Shown here piece by piece: positions 1 through 10,382 of a stretch of DNA of 64,000 nt. Both the position numbers and the translations under genes were made by a program. Position 1 is the first letter of the stretch, and every line of letters begins with the position of its first letter. Under the pieces are notes generated by a model. That model did not search any database. It saw only the letters and a list, made by a program, of their open reading frames with translations, and was not told the DNA's origin. The stretch spans positions 2,278,930-2,342,929 of the forward strand of contig CBDDEI010000002.1 in the NCBI GenBank assembly GCA_965226775.1, written 5' to 3'. This DNA comes from Dehalococcoidia bacterium. GTDB taxonomy: Bacteria > Chloroflexota > Dehalococcoidia > SHYD01.

Positions 1-214
1 TGGACGGGGAGCTGCCGGGCTAGCGAATCGGCTGTGGGGATGTTTTGACTTCCCGAGGTGAAGATATCTATGCTTGGCATCGGGATTTTGTAACATGACG
101 GGCTGTAAGCCTCCTTCCGGCCGCCGGGTATCGCCCTGCCAGCCTGGACCGGAAGCGTTGGAAGGGAACCGTTAGTGGCAGGTAGGGTCAGGGGCATGAC
201 TAAAGGGGGCAGCT

Positions 215-703
215 ATGACAGAAGGAAATGTAGAGGCACCGGGAATCTTCGGGCGATTCCTCCAGCCACTGACTGATGAGTTCTACTTGCTCTTCAGGCT
301 AATCTTCGCAGGTTTGGTTGCGCTGCATGGCGCACAGAAAGCGTTTTTGCTGTGGGGCTTTCCTGCAGAGGCGAATCCGAACGGGCTCGGCGCGCTGGTT
401 GATATTGCGGGCTGGGTCGAGCTTATTGCGGCAGTCCTTATCGGGTTCGGCATTCTGACCCGACTGGGGGCGGGCGCACTGGTTGTACTGACGACTGTCG
501 CGTACTTTGGCGTACACGCTGCCCTCAGCCCGGTATGGCCTTGGCCGCATCTGTATCCTAATCCTCCCGACGGAGGCAATGCGTTCGTGGCGCACGGTGG
601 CGAGGTTACAATCCTCTGGTTCATCTGCGCAGGCATCATCGGTGTCCTTGGCAGCCGCAAGTGGGGTATTGAGCGACGCCTATTTGGCAAGGAGCTTCTG
701 TAA
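215..703 (+). CDS. DoxX-family membrane protein
   Basis: 162-aa ORF with about 4 hydrophobic segments; LLFRLIFAGLVALHGAQK, ELIAAVLIGFGILTRLGA and GGEVTIL motifs typical of DoxX/SURF4. Confidence 0.8.
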   Translation: MTEGNVEAPGIFGRFLQPLTDEFYLLFRLIFAGLVALHGAQKAFLLWGFPAEANPNGLGALVDIAGWVELIAAVLIGFGILTRLGAGALVVLTTVAYFGVHAALSPVWPWPHLYPNPPDGGNAFVAHGGEVTILWFICAGIIGVLGSRKWGIERRLFGKELL

Positions 704-760
704 GGATCCACCTACCACCCCCGTGCAGTACGGGGGCAACAGAGCGAAGGGCAAAGTCCG

Positions 761-2191
761 GTGCCACGGACCGATAGCTACGACGCGATCGTGGTCGGCG
801 CGGGGCCCAATGGCCTGGCAGCCGCAATAGCCATCGCGCAAACAGGGCGTTCGGTGCTGGTCGTGGAGGGGGAGGACACGGTCGGAGGTGGTGCCCGGTC
901 CGCCGCCCTGACGTTGCCTGGATTCCTTCACGACGTGTGCTCGGCGGTCCACCCACTGGCAGTCGGCTCGCCATTCTTCTCTACACTGCCGCTGTCCAGT
1001 CACGGCTTGGACTGGGTACAGCCTCCCGCGCCGCTGGCGCATCCACTGGACGACGGCACGGCTGTAATGCTGGAGCGCTCGGTCGAGGCGACCGCCGACG
1101 GCTTGGGATCTGATTCGGCGTCGTACCGCGGGCTGTTTGGCCCTCTCGTGAGGGACTGGCCCAAGCTCACCGACGACCTCCTAGGCCCTCTGCGATTACC
1201 GCGTCACCCGCTGGTGACCGCGCGCTTCGGACTCACCGGCCTGCGGTCGGCGCTGTCAGTGGCGCAATCCCGCTTTGGAGGCGAACGGGCCAGGGCGCTG
1301 TTCGCCGGGCTGGCCGCACATTCCATACTGCCGCTCGAACGACCCGTCAGCGCCGCGTTCGGCCTCGTCTTGGGTGCTAGCGGTCATGCCGTCGGCTGGC
1401 CGATGCCGCGGGGCGGGGCCCAGCGAATAGCCGATGCCCTGGCCTCCCATCTGACCTCTCTCGGCGGTCAGATCGAGACGGGCAGGCCGGTGGAGCATCT
1501 GGAGGACCTGCCCACCGCGGAGGTCACCCTTCTCGACATGACGCCCAAGCAAGTCCTCAAGGTCGCCGGGCAACGCCTGCCCGCCTTCTTTCGACGCAGG
1601 CTGGAGGCGTACCGCTACGGACCGGGGGTCTTCAAGATGGACTGGGCGCTGAGCGGTCCGGTGCCCTGGAGGGCCTCGGAGTGCGCGCGGGCTGGCACGG
1701 TGCATCTGGGAGGCACGCTGGCTGAGGTCGCCCACTCCGAGCGTGAAGTGTGGCGCGGGAGTCACCCTGACCGGCCCTTCGTGCTGTTCTCCCAGCCGAG
1801 CCTCTTTGATCCGTCCCGTGCCCCCAGGGGGCAGCACACGGCATGGGCCTACTGCCACGTACCCAACGGGTCCAGCTTCGACATGACTGACAGGATAGAG
1901 GCCCAGGTGGAGCGTTTCGCGCCGGGGTTCCGCGAACGGATCCTCCAGAGAAGCGCTCGGCCGCCGGCAGCGATGGAAGAGTACAACCCAAACTACATTG
2001 GCGGCGACATCAACGGCGGCGTCCAGGACATTGGCCAGCTCTTCTCCCGTCCCGCCCGCATGTTCAGCCCCTACTCCATCCCGTCGACCGACCTCTTCAT
2101 CTGCTCCTCGTCGACGCCGCCCGGGGGCGGCGTGCACGGCATGTGCGGCTACTTCGCCGCCCAGGCCGCCCTCCGCCGCCTAGACCGCTGA
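761..2191 (+). CDS. Phytoene-desaturase-family FAD-dependent oxidoreductase
   Basis: N-terminal VVGAGPNGLAAA Rossmann motif, GGGARS, HDVCSAVHP, C-terminal CSSSTPPGGGVHGMCG; GTG start. Confidence 0.85.
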   Translation: MPRTDSYDAIVVGAGPNGLAAAIAIAQTGRSVLVVEGEDTVGGGARSAALTLPGFLHDVCSAVHPLAVGSPFFSTLPLSSHGLDWVQPPAPLAHPLDDGTAVMLERSVEATADGLGSDSASYRGLFGPLVRDWPKLTDDLLGPLRLPRHPLVTARFGLTGLRSALSVAQSRFGGERARALFAGLAAHSILPLERPVSAAFGLVLGASGHAVGWPMPRGGAQRIADALASHLTSLGGQIETGRPVEHLEDLPTAEVTLLDMTPKQVLKVAGQRLPAFFRRRLEAYRYGPGVFKMDWALSGPVPWRASECARAGTVHLGGTLAEVAHSEREVWRGSHPDRPFVLFSQPSLFDPSRAPRGQHTAWAYCHVPNGSSFDMTDRIEAQVERFAPGFRERILQRSARPPAAMEEYNPNYIGGDINGGVQDIGQLFSRPARMFSPYSIPSTDLFICSSSTPPGGGVHGMCGYFAAQAALRRLDR

Positions 2192-2436
2192 CTTCCCTAC
2201 AGCAATCGCATCTGAACATCCGCCGCTTTCAAGACCACCCCCACTCCATCGCCGGCGTACGCGCAATGAATCAGGCCGCGTTAAGCGACACGCGGAAGCG
2301 CGTTTAGCTAAGGGCTCGGTTCCTACAGGGCACTTCTCTACCGTTTAGCTTTGAACGGGGTCGAGTAGGTAGTTATTGGAGCGCCGCTCTCAATGCACTT
2401 ACGGCAAGGCGGCGACAGCGGCTTCGGGGCAGATGC

Positions 2437-3093
2437 CTACCCGGGCCACATGTGCGCCTGGGCTGAGGCGGCGACCGATACCCGGATGTCGTAGGTTGCC
2501 TGGGTCATGGCTTGACCGATGAGGTCAAGCTTGCTCACCTGCTCAATGCGGGCGGCCGCCCTGTCGCTCTCCTGCCTGGACAGCAGCTTGTCAAAGATAT
2601 TGCAAGCGTCGGCCAGGGAGATGATCATCGCGTCGCGCGGGGCCGGTATATCGTCGCTGAATAGCACTTCCATGATGCGCAGCTTAACCTCGCGCTCAGC
2701 CGTGCCGTCAACGAGCGGATAGCGCCTGGAGCGGAAAACCCACAAGAAGGTGTCCTCCTGGCGTTCCAGAATGCCGAGCTCGACCAGGTGGGAGAGGGCA
2801 GCCTCGTGGATCGCGTTGGCGCGCCCCGCGGTACGTTCTACCCAGAAACGGGCGTTGTGCTTATCCCCGGCTGCTATATCGGCCAGCGTCGGGTCAAGCA
2901 GGTTGTCGCCCAGGGGCGTGGCATCGAGCAGAATCAGATTATCTAGGTCGGTATCTATACGGTTCTCTATCGCTAGGTCCATCAGCACACCGCCGGCGAT
3001 GGCATAGTCCAACGACCAGCTTGGCATACCTACGAACATCCCACCCTCGTCGCGGAGCAGGAGTAAAGTGATTTCCTCTGCTAGTCTCAGCAT
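2437..3093 (-). CDS. GPP34/GOLPH3 (VPS74)-family protein
   Basis: MLRLAEEITLLLL...AGGVLMDLAIENRI...LVELGILE...RRYP pattern; GGAGG lies upstream of the ATG at 3093. Confidence 0.8.
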   Translation of the reverse strand: MLRLAEEITLLLLRDEGGMFVGMPSWSLDYAIAGGVLMDLAIENRIDTDLDNLILLDATPLGDNLLDPTLADIAAGDKHNARFWVERTAGRANAIHEAALSHLVELGILERQEDTFLWVFRSRRYPLVDGTAEREVKLRIMEVLFSDDIPAPRDAMIISLADACNIFDKLLSRQESDRAAARIEQVSKLDLIGQAMTQATYDIRVSVAASAQAHMWPG

Positions 3094-3707
3094 GCTACTT
3101 GTCATCCTCCAGTAATGTGTTACCCAAGCCCCGTTACCGGACCTTGGCCACATGACGGCCGCGCCGGGCAGTTGGGCGTCATAGAATATTTAGTGGATCC
3201 TCGTAAGCCCGCCGGTCTGCCAAAGTGGGTATCCGGGTGCTTCACTCGTTTATCTACCTAAGGTCGTCCAATCGACATCAGGTAAGTCCTCTATCCGGGA
3301 TTCTCAACGGAATTCCCCATTTGGGTTGCGCCCAAACCTTCCGTGGAGCCCCAATAGGATAGCGAGATTGTAGCCCTAGCCTCTAGGGCCCGTCAACCGC
3401 TCTAGGCTGAAGTGTAACCCTGCCACGTATAGCATGAGCAACTCCCGCAATCGCGTCGCCTCGGCCTGCTGAATTGGTGTCAGAGGACCTATTGCGCCTT
3501 GTCGCTGGGCGCCTTCAAAGATGCATCACACCAAGATCGTCGCTTAAGGGAATTGGAGATCTATCCTGGCATAGCCCGACCCTGTCTTCGCAATATTTGA
3601 TATAGTAGCCCTAAGGATAGGTATAGGATCGGCAGCCGTACGCCCGACGGTGTGTAGTCCACTGAGCTACGCCGCCCGGTGGGCTGACCCTGCCCAGGAG
3701 GAATTGC

Positions 3708-4199
3708 GTGTCTGCAAGAATTGCCGTCGTATTGGCGGGGTTGGCCGTGTTATTGTCTGCTTCGGCCCTGGTCGTCGCGGTCATAGCGCTTACCCAAGAT
3801 GCGCCCCCAGTGTACACACCGACCAAGGACGAGCCGGGCGCGTACACCAAATGGGTGGTGCAAGGTGCCATCCAGCACTACCAGCGGGACGGGTTGCAGG
3901 CAACCATGGAATACTACAGCAACCCTGAGCATGTTGACGGCCAGTGGTACGTGTTCATGATCAACGAAGAAGGCCGCACTTTTGTCCACTACAACCCTGA
4001 GCTCAGGAATCGCGACCCCAGCCTCCGCGTTGACTCGACCGGACGGTTCTATGGCGACGATCTGCTAGGAGCCACCGAAGAGGGCCGGTGGGTCGACTAC
4101 TTCATCAAGAATCCAGAGACGGGCGAGGATGACCAGAAGCACGCATGGATAGTTAAGCACGACGGTCTCTTGTTCGCCTCAGGCTGGTACGAACGGTAG
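3708..4199 (+). CDS. Stand-alone single Cache-like domain protein with N-terminal signal/anchor
   Basis: AGGAGG RBS and GTG start; hydrophobic N-terminus, then YVFMINEEG..VH.NP, WVDY..NP.TG..K.AW and SGWY motifs of sCache-type domains; no cytoplasmic output domain. Confidence 0.7.
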   Translation: MSARIAVVLAGLAVLLSASALVVAVIALTQDAPPVYTPTKDEPGAYTKWVVQGAIQHYQRDGLQATMEYYSNPEHVDGQWYVFMINEEGRTFVHYNPELRNRDPSLRVDSTGRFYGDDLLGATEEGRWVDYFIKNPETGEDDQKHAWIVKHDGLLFASGWYER

Positions 4200-4339
4200 C
4201 CCGCTCGCCCGGGGCGCAGCCGCCTCTTGTGCCTTACTCCTTACGGTAAGGGCTGCTCCCTCGGCGCACCACCCTGAACACCTGCTCCGCGACGACGTTG
4301 CTATCTTGCCGTCGCATCTTAGCCGTAGCTACGTGTCTG

Positions 4340-4849
4340 CTAGGCCTCGCCGGTATTTTTGTCGACCAGGTTACGCAACGCCTCGCCGTCCATCCGGAAG
4401 GTCCGCCATTCGTTTAGCACTACCGCCCCCAGTCCCTCGTAAAATCGGGCGGCGTTCTGATTCCAGTCCAGCGCCGACCATTCGAACCGGCCGCACCCAC
4501 GCTCCACAGCGATCCCTGCCACATGCCTGAGCAGCATTGTGCCTAACCCCTTCCGGCGATGCTCCGGCATCACGAAGATGTCCTCCAAATACATGCCGCG
4601 CCGCCCCAGAAACGTCGAGTAGGTGTGGAAGAAGACCGCAAACCCCACCGGATCGTCGCCTAGAAACCCCAGCGCCACCTCTGCACTAGGGTTCGGCCCA
4701 AACAGCGATTCCCTAAGGCTGTCTTCCGTGGCCGCCACAACGTGGCTCAGCCCCTCGAACTCCGCCAAGTCCCGAATGAACCGGAGGATCAAAGGCGCAT
4801 CATCGGGCTTAGCGGGACGAATGTGGAACCTGTTGTTTGTCATCGTCAT
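4340..4849 (-). CDS. GNAT N-acetyltransferase (SSAT/polyamine acetyltransferase-like)
   Basis: FHTYSTFLGRRGMYLEDIFV, HRRKGLG, ALDWNQNAARFYEGLGA motifs. Confidence 0.9.
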   Translation of the reverse strand: MTMTNNRFHIRPAKPDDAPLILRFIRDLAEFEGLSHVVAATEDSLRESLFGPNPSAEVALGFLGDDPVGFAVFFHTYSTFLGRRGMYLEDIFVMPEHRRKGLGTMLLRHVAGIAVERGCGRFEWSALDWNQNAARFYEGLGAVVLNEWRTFRMDGEALRNLVDKNTGEA

Positions 4850-5055
4850 CGTTCAATCCACCTGTGCCCAAGTTTACTGTATCCCAATTGAAGAGCAAGA
4901 ACTGCAGAGTAGCCGCCAAATTCATCAGCAGGCATCACAGATGAAGTGGCCTCAAAAAGCCTTGTCCAACATACACGAAACTGGCAGATGGCCTTCTACC
5001 GTATACTATATGGGGCTAGTATTCTTGGTTTCCTCAAGAAATGGAGGTCTTGCAC

Positions 5056-5430
5056 ATGATTCGTACTATTCTCTATGCTCTTTGGCTGCCTATCCTAGTG
5101 CTGGTTGTCTCTGCTGCCAGATTCGGCTTTACCATGCCGCTTGAAGGTCCCGGCCTGATGGGCATCGTCATGTTGTTCGCGCTGGCATGGCCTGCCGCGA
5201 TTCCACTTACATTGGCGATCCGGCGTCTGCATCGGCGCTCGCGTATCCTGGCATACGGTTGCGCCGTAGTGTTGGGGCTAGGGTCGGCTTGGACGGTCAT
5301 CCTGGGCGGGCTGTTTGGGCCGATAGGCGTCGTCCTATACACGCTCATAGCCTCCCTCCCCGCTTGGATACTCCTGGGCATCCTTGCCAAATTCCAAGGG
5401 GGCATGGGGAGCCAGCCTTCCAGCGCCTAG
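5056..5430 (+). CDS. Hypothetical 4-TM membrane protein
   Basis: GGAGG RBS before ATG 5056; four hydrophobic stretches; no family recognised. Confidence 0.6.
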   Translation: MIRTILYALWLPILVLVVSAARFGFTMPLEGPGLMGIVMLFALAWPAAIPLTLAIRRLHRRSRILAYGCAVVLGLGSAWTVILGGLFGPIGVVLYTLIASLPAWILLGILAKFQGGMGSQPSSA

Positions 5431-5567
5431 CTATCACCTCAAAGCTCACGCTGACACCGGCATCCTAATCTTTCCCGTGGATGGGAATGGACTTGGCCCC
5501 TGCCTCCGTTGGGAGAAAGCAGGGGCCAAGGTGCGTTAGATGCCTTTCTGGCGGGATGGCAGCGGCG

Positions 5568-6395
5568 CTACGGCTTGGTGGCGATACCCTCGCCGAAGGC
5601 GAAGCCCCCGACGGCTCCGGGATGGCTCTTCCACTGGGCGAGGTGCACGCGCCACTCGTCAAATTGCTGTTGTGTCACCAGTCCAAAGGCCGTCGCCGCT
5701 GCGATGACCCTAGGCGAGAAGAACCAGTCGCCGACGAAGGCGTGAAGGAAAGCAACGTCTTCCGGAGTGCTGAAGACATCGAAGGACGCAGTCGCCCGGA
5801 CGTTTGTGAACCCGGCCTCGATGAAGGTGTTCTTTAGGTCTTTCCCCATCTGTGGATGGCCGCCATTGCCTTCGAGAAGTCTTGCGAACACGCCCCATCC
5901 GGATCGGAGGCTGTCTGAGGTAGGCTCCATGAACGAGGATGCGACAATCATTTCACGGCTGGCAATGATGCCGCCGGGCTTCAAAACCCGCTTCACCTCA
6001 GCTAGGGCCGCCGTGGTATCCGGAACGTGCATGAGCACGGCGTGGCAATGGGCCACGTCGAAGGAGTTGTCTTCGAAGGGAAGTTCAGTCACGCTGCCAA
6101 CGTGGAACGTTACGTTGCTGTGTCCACCCGCTTCGGCGGCAGAGCGGGCCCAGTCGATCTGCGATTCCTCTATATCGATGCCGTGCACCTCGCCGGGTTC
6201 CACTGCCCTGGCCAGACCGACCGAGATGGTCCCCGGTCCACAACCAAAGTCGAGGACGCGGAGGCCGGGCTTGAGATACGGGAGCAGATGTGCGGCGTGG
6301 GTCTCCAAGCTGCGACGGTTTAGCAGCTGCTGAAAGTCATCGCTGTAGCCCATGGTGTAGCCGGATGTTGGAGCTGTTTCCTCAGCCATGGTCAT
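5568..6395 (-). CDS. Class I SAM-dependent methyltransferase (UbiE-like)
   Basis: VLDFGCGPG motif I, GIDIEE, LPFEDNSFDVAH, EVKRVLKPGG. Confidence 0.9.
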   Translation of the reverse strand: MTMAEETAPTSGYTMGYSDDFQQLLNRRSLETHAAHLLPYLKPGLRVLDFGCGPGTISVGLARAVEPGEVHGIDIEESQIDWARSAAEAGGHSNVTFHVGSVTELPFEDNSFDVAHCHAVLMHVPDTTAALAEVKRVLKPGGIIASREMIVASSFMEPTSDSLRSGWGVFARLLEGNGGHPQMGKDLKNTFIEAGFTNVRATASFDVFSTPEDVAFLHAFVGDWFFSPRVIAAATAFGLVTQQQFDEWRVHLAQWKSHPGAVGGFAFGEGIATKP

Positions 6396-6488
6396 GCGCT
6401 CCTTTACGTGTCGGTTGTTCGTTCTATATGGAACGAGCAGGGCAGCGGGTGCTGGCCTAAGCTTACGCCCTTGCCCCTTCGGAGAGCA

Positions 6489-8690
6489 TCACACTCGTTC
6501 TTCTTCGTCGTCCGACTTGTCCCCGTCCTGCCCTACTGCAGCCTTCACGCGCGGCTCTAGGGGCAGTTCGATAATCATCTCGGTGAACTCGCCGGGTTCG
6601 GTTTCCACGCGGATGGTGCCACCATGCTCGCGCACGATGTCGTTGGAAATCGCAAGGCCTAGGCCAGTGCCTTGGCCGGTGGGCTTGGTGGTGAAGAACG
6701 GGTTGAATATCTTCTCCACCACTTCGGGCGGCATCCCGTTCCCATTGTCCCTGATGCGGATCACTATGTGGTTCTCCGTCCGCTTGGTAGAGAGCATGAG
6801 CATTGGAGAGTAGGCGCGGCGCCGCTTTCCGTTTCCATGCTGGCGCGCCGCTTCTCATCAGTCGCGTAACAGGCGTTCCCCACCATATTCAGGAATACGC
6901 GGCCCAAGTCCTGCGGAATAGCTTCTATTTCGCCGGCATCGGGGTCAAGGTCTTGCCTTATGTCCAGTTGGAAATCCGGGTCGCTCGCCCGTGCGCTATG
7001 GAAGGCAAGCCTGGCGAATTCGTCTACCAAAGAATTGATATTGGTGAGCTGCCACTCGGAGGAGCCTCTGCCCATCATGAGCATGTCGTGGACAATCCGG
7101 TTGGCGCGTTCCGTGTGCTGTCCGATGCGCTCGAGGTTGCCGGTGAGGTCATTAGAAATATCCTCAACGAGTCCCCGCTGGTTCTCGCTCATGTTATTTC
7201 CGTCCTCTTCGAGGGCTTCCCGCAGTTCTACAAGAAGTTCCCCCGAGACCTCGGAGAAGTTCTTCACGAAGTTCAGGGGGTTCCTGATTTCATGGGCTAC
7301 GCCGGCGGTGAGCTCGCCCAGCGCCGCCAGCTTCTCACGCATAACAATCTGGTTTTGCGCCCGGTGCAGCTCCCCAACGGTACTCTCCAGTTCAGCGTTC
7401 TTCTCCTTCAACTCCTCCGCCAGTAACTCCACCAAGTTCAGGCGCTGCACCTCAAGGGCATGCTGGCGGAACACCTCCAAGGCCGCAGCCATGTCTGCCA
7501 CCTCGTCGCGCCCGCCGATCTCTACCTGTGCCTCCAAGTCGCCTGCGGCCATACGGCGCATCCAGTCCGACAACAGCTCCAGACGGCGCAGCAGTACCCG
7601 GCCAACGAAGACCCAAGCAATGAGCACAGCGCCGACGACGCTGAATGCGCTGAGGCTCAGCAGAAGGGTGCGGCCTGTTTGGGTTGCTTCCGTTGAGGCG
7701 AGTGTGGCTTCCTGAGCATTCGCGTGGGCCTCGCTCACCAAGCCATTGACCTCGGCTACAAGGGCGACGGATATGTCGCGATTTTGCGCCAGCAGATCGC
7801 GTTGACTCGCGACCAGCCTAAGCTCCCGGTCAAGCAGATCGAAGCCGCCCTGCTCTCCGATTCCTAACTCTACCAGCCTCCTCAGGAGCGGGCCGACTTC
7901 GGCATGCAGCGAGGAATCCTCCAGCGATGCCAGGCTCCGCTCAATGCGGCCGGCTGAGGACTCGAAACGCTCCCGCAGCGGCTCGAGGTGAGGGGCCTCC
8001 GAGACGCTGAAAGCGCTTTCCAAGAGGTGCGCAGCGATGCTGGCGTCTGAGTGTAAGTCCGCAAGGTGGCGGTAACGGTCGAGTTCTATCTCCGAGAAAT
8101 GGTCCGTGCGGTTGGCCTGGGAGTCGTCGAGGGAGCGGTAGCCGGTCAACGTGTAAAAGAGCTGATCGTCTACGGCCGGAACCAGCAAGTTGTCCAAGCG
8201 AGTGAGTAGTTCCTCCTCAAGCTCCGTTCGCAGTGCTCCAGAGCGGGCTCTCAGGTCGAAGATCTCCGTCCTCTCGTCCTCAATGGCCTGGATGTTACTG
8301 AATAGCTCGTTGGCGTTGGCTTGGATACGCGTTCGAAGTCTTCGTCGTACCCTTGATCCCGTCCCAGAATAGCCAGCTCTTCCTCCAAGGCCTGGTGCGC
8401 TTCGGTGATTTCGGCGTCGGCCAGAGCAAGCTCTTCAGGAGTTACGGCCGTCGTCAGGCGGGGGCCGCGACCACCAGGGTACCGCTGTGCTGTGCAACTC
8501 CGAAAGCGGCCACCAACGCCGGAACGCTGTTTTCGTTTACGCGACCTTGGGCTTCGCCCACCCGGTTGAAGGAAAACCAGCCCACCAAGCTCGCGGTCAG
8601 CGTCATAACGACACCGCCCCCGATTGCCAGGTAGAGTTGCGTGGAGATACGGTTGCGCCGCTCCAGCAGGCTCATCAATCGGGCTTGCAT
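6489..8690 (-). CDS. TorS-like sensor histidine kinase (helical extracytoplasmic sensor, HAMP, HisKA, HATPase); three apparent 1-nt deletions (~8462, ~8332, ~6830)
   Basis: Pieces join in order: TM1 (QLYLAIGGGVVMTLTASLVGW) in 8454-8690; sensor, TM2, HAMP (GRDEVADMA), H-box AGVAHEIRNPL and N-box FLNMVGNA in 6764-8197; DNGNG and GTGLGL G-boxes in 6489-6803. Start overlaps the upstream stop (TAATG). Confidence 0.8.
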
Positions 8691-9966
8691 TATCGCGCGT
8701 CCTGCAAGCTGCCGACGGACTGATAGTTGCCGTCGGTGCCGATAGTAGTCAGGAATACTTTGTCGGAGCCTTGGTTGTCGCCGGAGCCGTATCGTAGTTC
8801 AAACCCATTGATGTCGACGACGTCGGCGCGGCGCAGGCTGTCCAAGAAGCAGGCCCGGTCGACCTCCTGGCCGCAGCCGTTAAGGCCGGCGATAGCCAAG
8901 CGGCCTGCCAAGTATCCCTCAAAGGAGACGAAGCCGGGGATGGCGTTGGCGTCGTAGTCTGCTAGAGCATCGAGATAGGCGGCAGTGACTGGGAGAGAAT
9001 CGTCCGTCGGGAAGGGCACCACTTGGGTGACATAGACACCGGCGCCGTCGGGACCGAGTTCCTCCGCCAGTGCGTTGCTGCCTACAAAGGAAACGGTCAG
9101 GAAGACCGGGTTCATGCCCAAGTGCCGCGCCCATGTGATCAGCGCCGCTACCGGCTTGTAGGCCCCGATCATGATGACGGCCTCCGGCGACCCATCGCTC
9201 AGGTCCAGCAGGGCGGTCTTTACGGCTATTGTGTTGCGCGTGTACAACCCGATGGACACCGGTTCCAACCCGCGCTTATCCAGCGCAAGCCGCACTCCCT
9301 ATACCCGGCGCGGCCGTAGGAGTCGTCCTGATACATCACCGCGATACGATATATGCCAAGGTCTTCAGTAAGGCGGGCAACCATCTCCTCAGTCTCCTGG
9401 TAGTAGGAGGCGCGCAGGTTGAGGATGTTGTCCCACTTGGGATCGCGCAGGAATTCGGCGCCGGTGAACGGAGCGATGAAGGGAACGTTTGCTTCCGCAG
9501 CGACAGGAGTGGCGGAGCGCGACGTAGGCGTGCCCACCTCGCCAATCAGCGCGAAGACCCCCTCCTCGATCAGTTGGAGGGTGTTGGTGATGGCGGCTTC
9601 TGGTTCGTAGGCGTCGTCTAAGGAACTGAGCTCCAACTGCCGGCCATGGACGCCGCCGCCCTTGTTCGCTTCGTGGAACGCCGCCTCAATACCCAGCCGC
9701 ATGTTCCTGCCCAACTCCTGGGCGGGACCACTGAAGGCGGCGGACTGGCCGAAGAGGACGCGATCGTCTGAAACGCCTGGTACTGAAGGAGAGCCGCCAG
9801 TCTGCCCATTCGCAGGAGCGGCCGGTGGGTTAGTAACGGGAACTTCGGGATTGTCTGCGGAATTGCACGCAAGGCTGACGGCTGCGATGAGGGCTACGAG
9901 TAGCACGGGCAGAACGGCCCGCTGCGAGAAGGGGGAGGCTATGGGCGGACGAGGGATACGCTTCAT
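8690..9966 (-). CDS. Type I extracytoplasmic solute-binding lipoprotein (branched-chain amino acid ABC SBP-like); one frameshift ~9298
   Basis: Lipobox SLAC; GQSAAFSGPA, GGVHGRQLEL, DDAYEP, GEVGTPT, NLRASY. The frame changes in a G run (TAT AGG GAG -> GGA GTG) and continues in 8690-9295. Confidence 0.85.
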
Positions 9967-10382
9967 TTTGGCCTGCGGGCGACCAAGGTCAGGTGGTTCC
10001 TCTCCTCCTCACGCCGATAGTGCACCTCGTCCATCATCGTGCGTACCAGATGGACGCCGAGGCCGCCCACCTTCCGCTCACCGACCGGTGCATCCAAGTC
10101 TGGTTCGGGAACGTCGTTCAGCGGGTCGAAGGGCCGGCCGTCGTCCACGATCTCGATTGTAAGTGTGTCGGCCTCCGAAGTAAGGGTGACGTCGAACTCG
10201 TGGATACCTTCGCTATACCCGTAATCCATGACGTTGAGCACCATTTCTTCGAGCGCCATGTTCACCCGGAAGACGAAATCGGGAGGCCATTCCTCCTGCT
10301 CTGCTAGGCCTTCCATGGCAGCGACGACGGTTTCCAGTTCGTCACGCCTGGTCGCGACCTTCAGCGACAGCCTCGCACTCAT
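9963..10382 (-). CDS. Anti-sigma factor Ser kinase (RsbW/SpoIIAB-like, HATPase_c_2)
   Basis: ALEEMVLNVMDYG, DDGRPFDP, GGLGVHLV; ATGA overlaps with both neighbours. Confidence 0.9.
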   Translation of the reverse strand: MSARLSLKVATRRDELETVVAAMEGLAEQEEWPPDFVFRVNMALEEMVLNVMDYGYSEGIHEFDVTLTSEADTLTIEIVDDGRPFDPLNDVPEPDLDAPVGERKVGGLGVHLVRTMMDEVHYRREEERNHLTLVARRPK

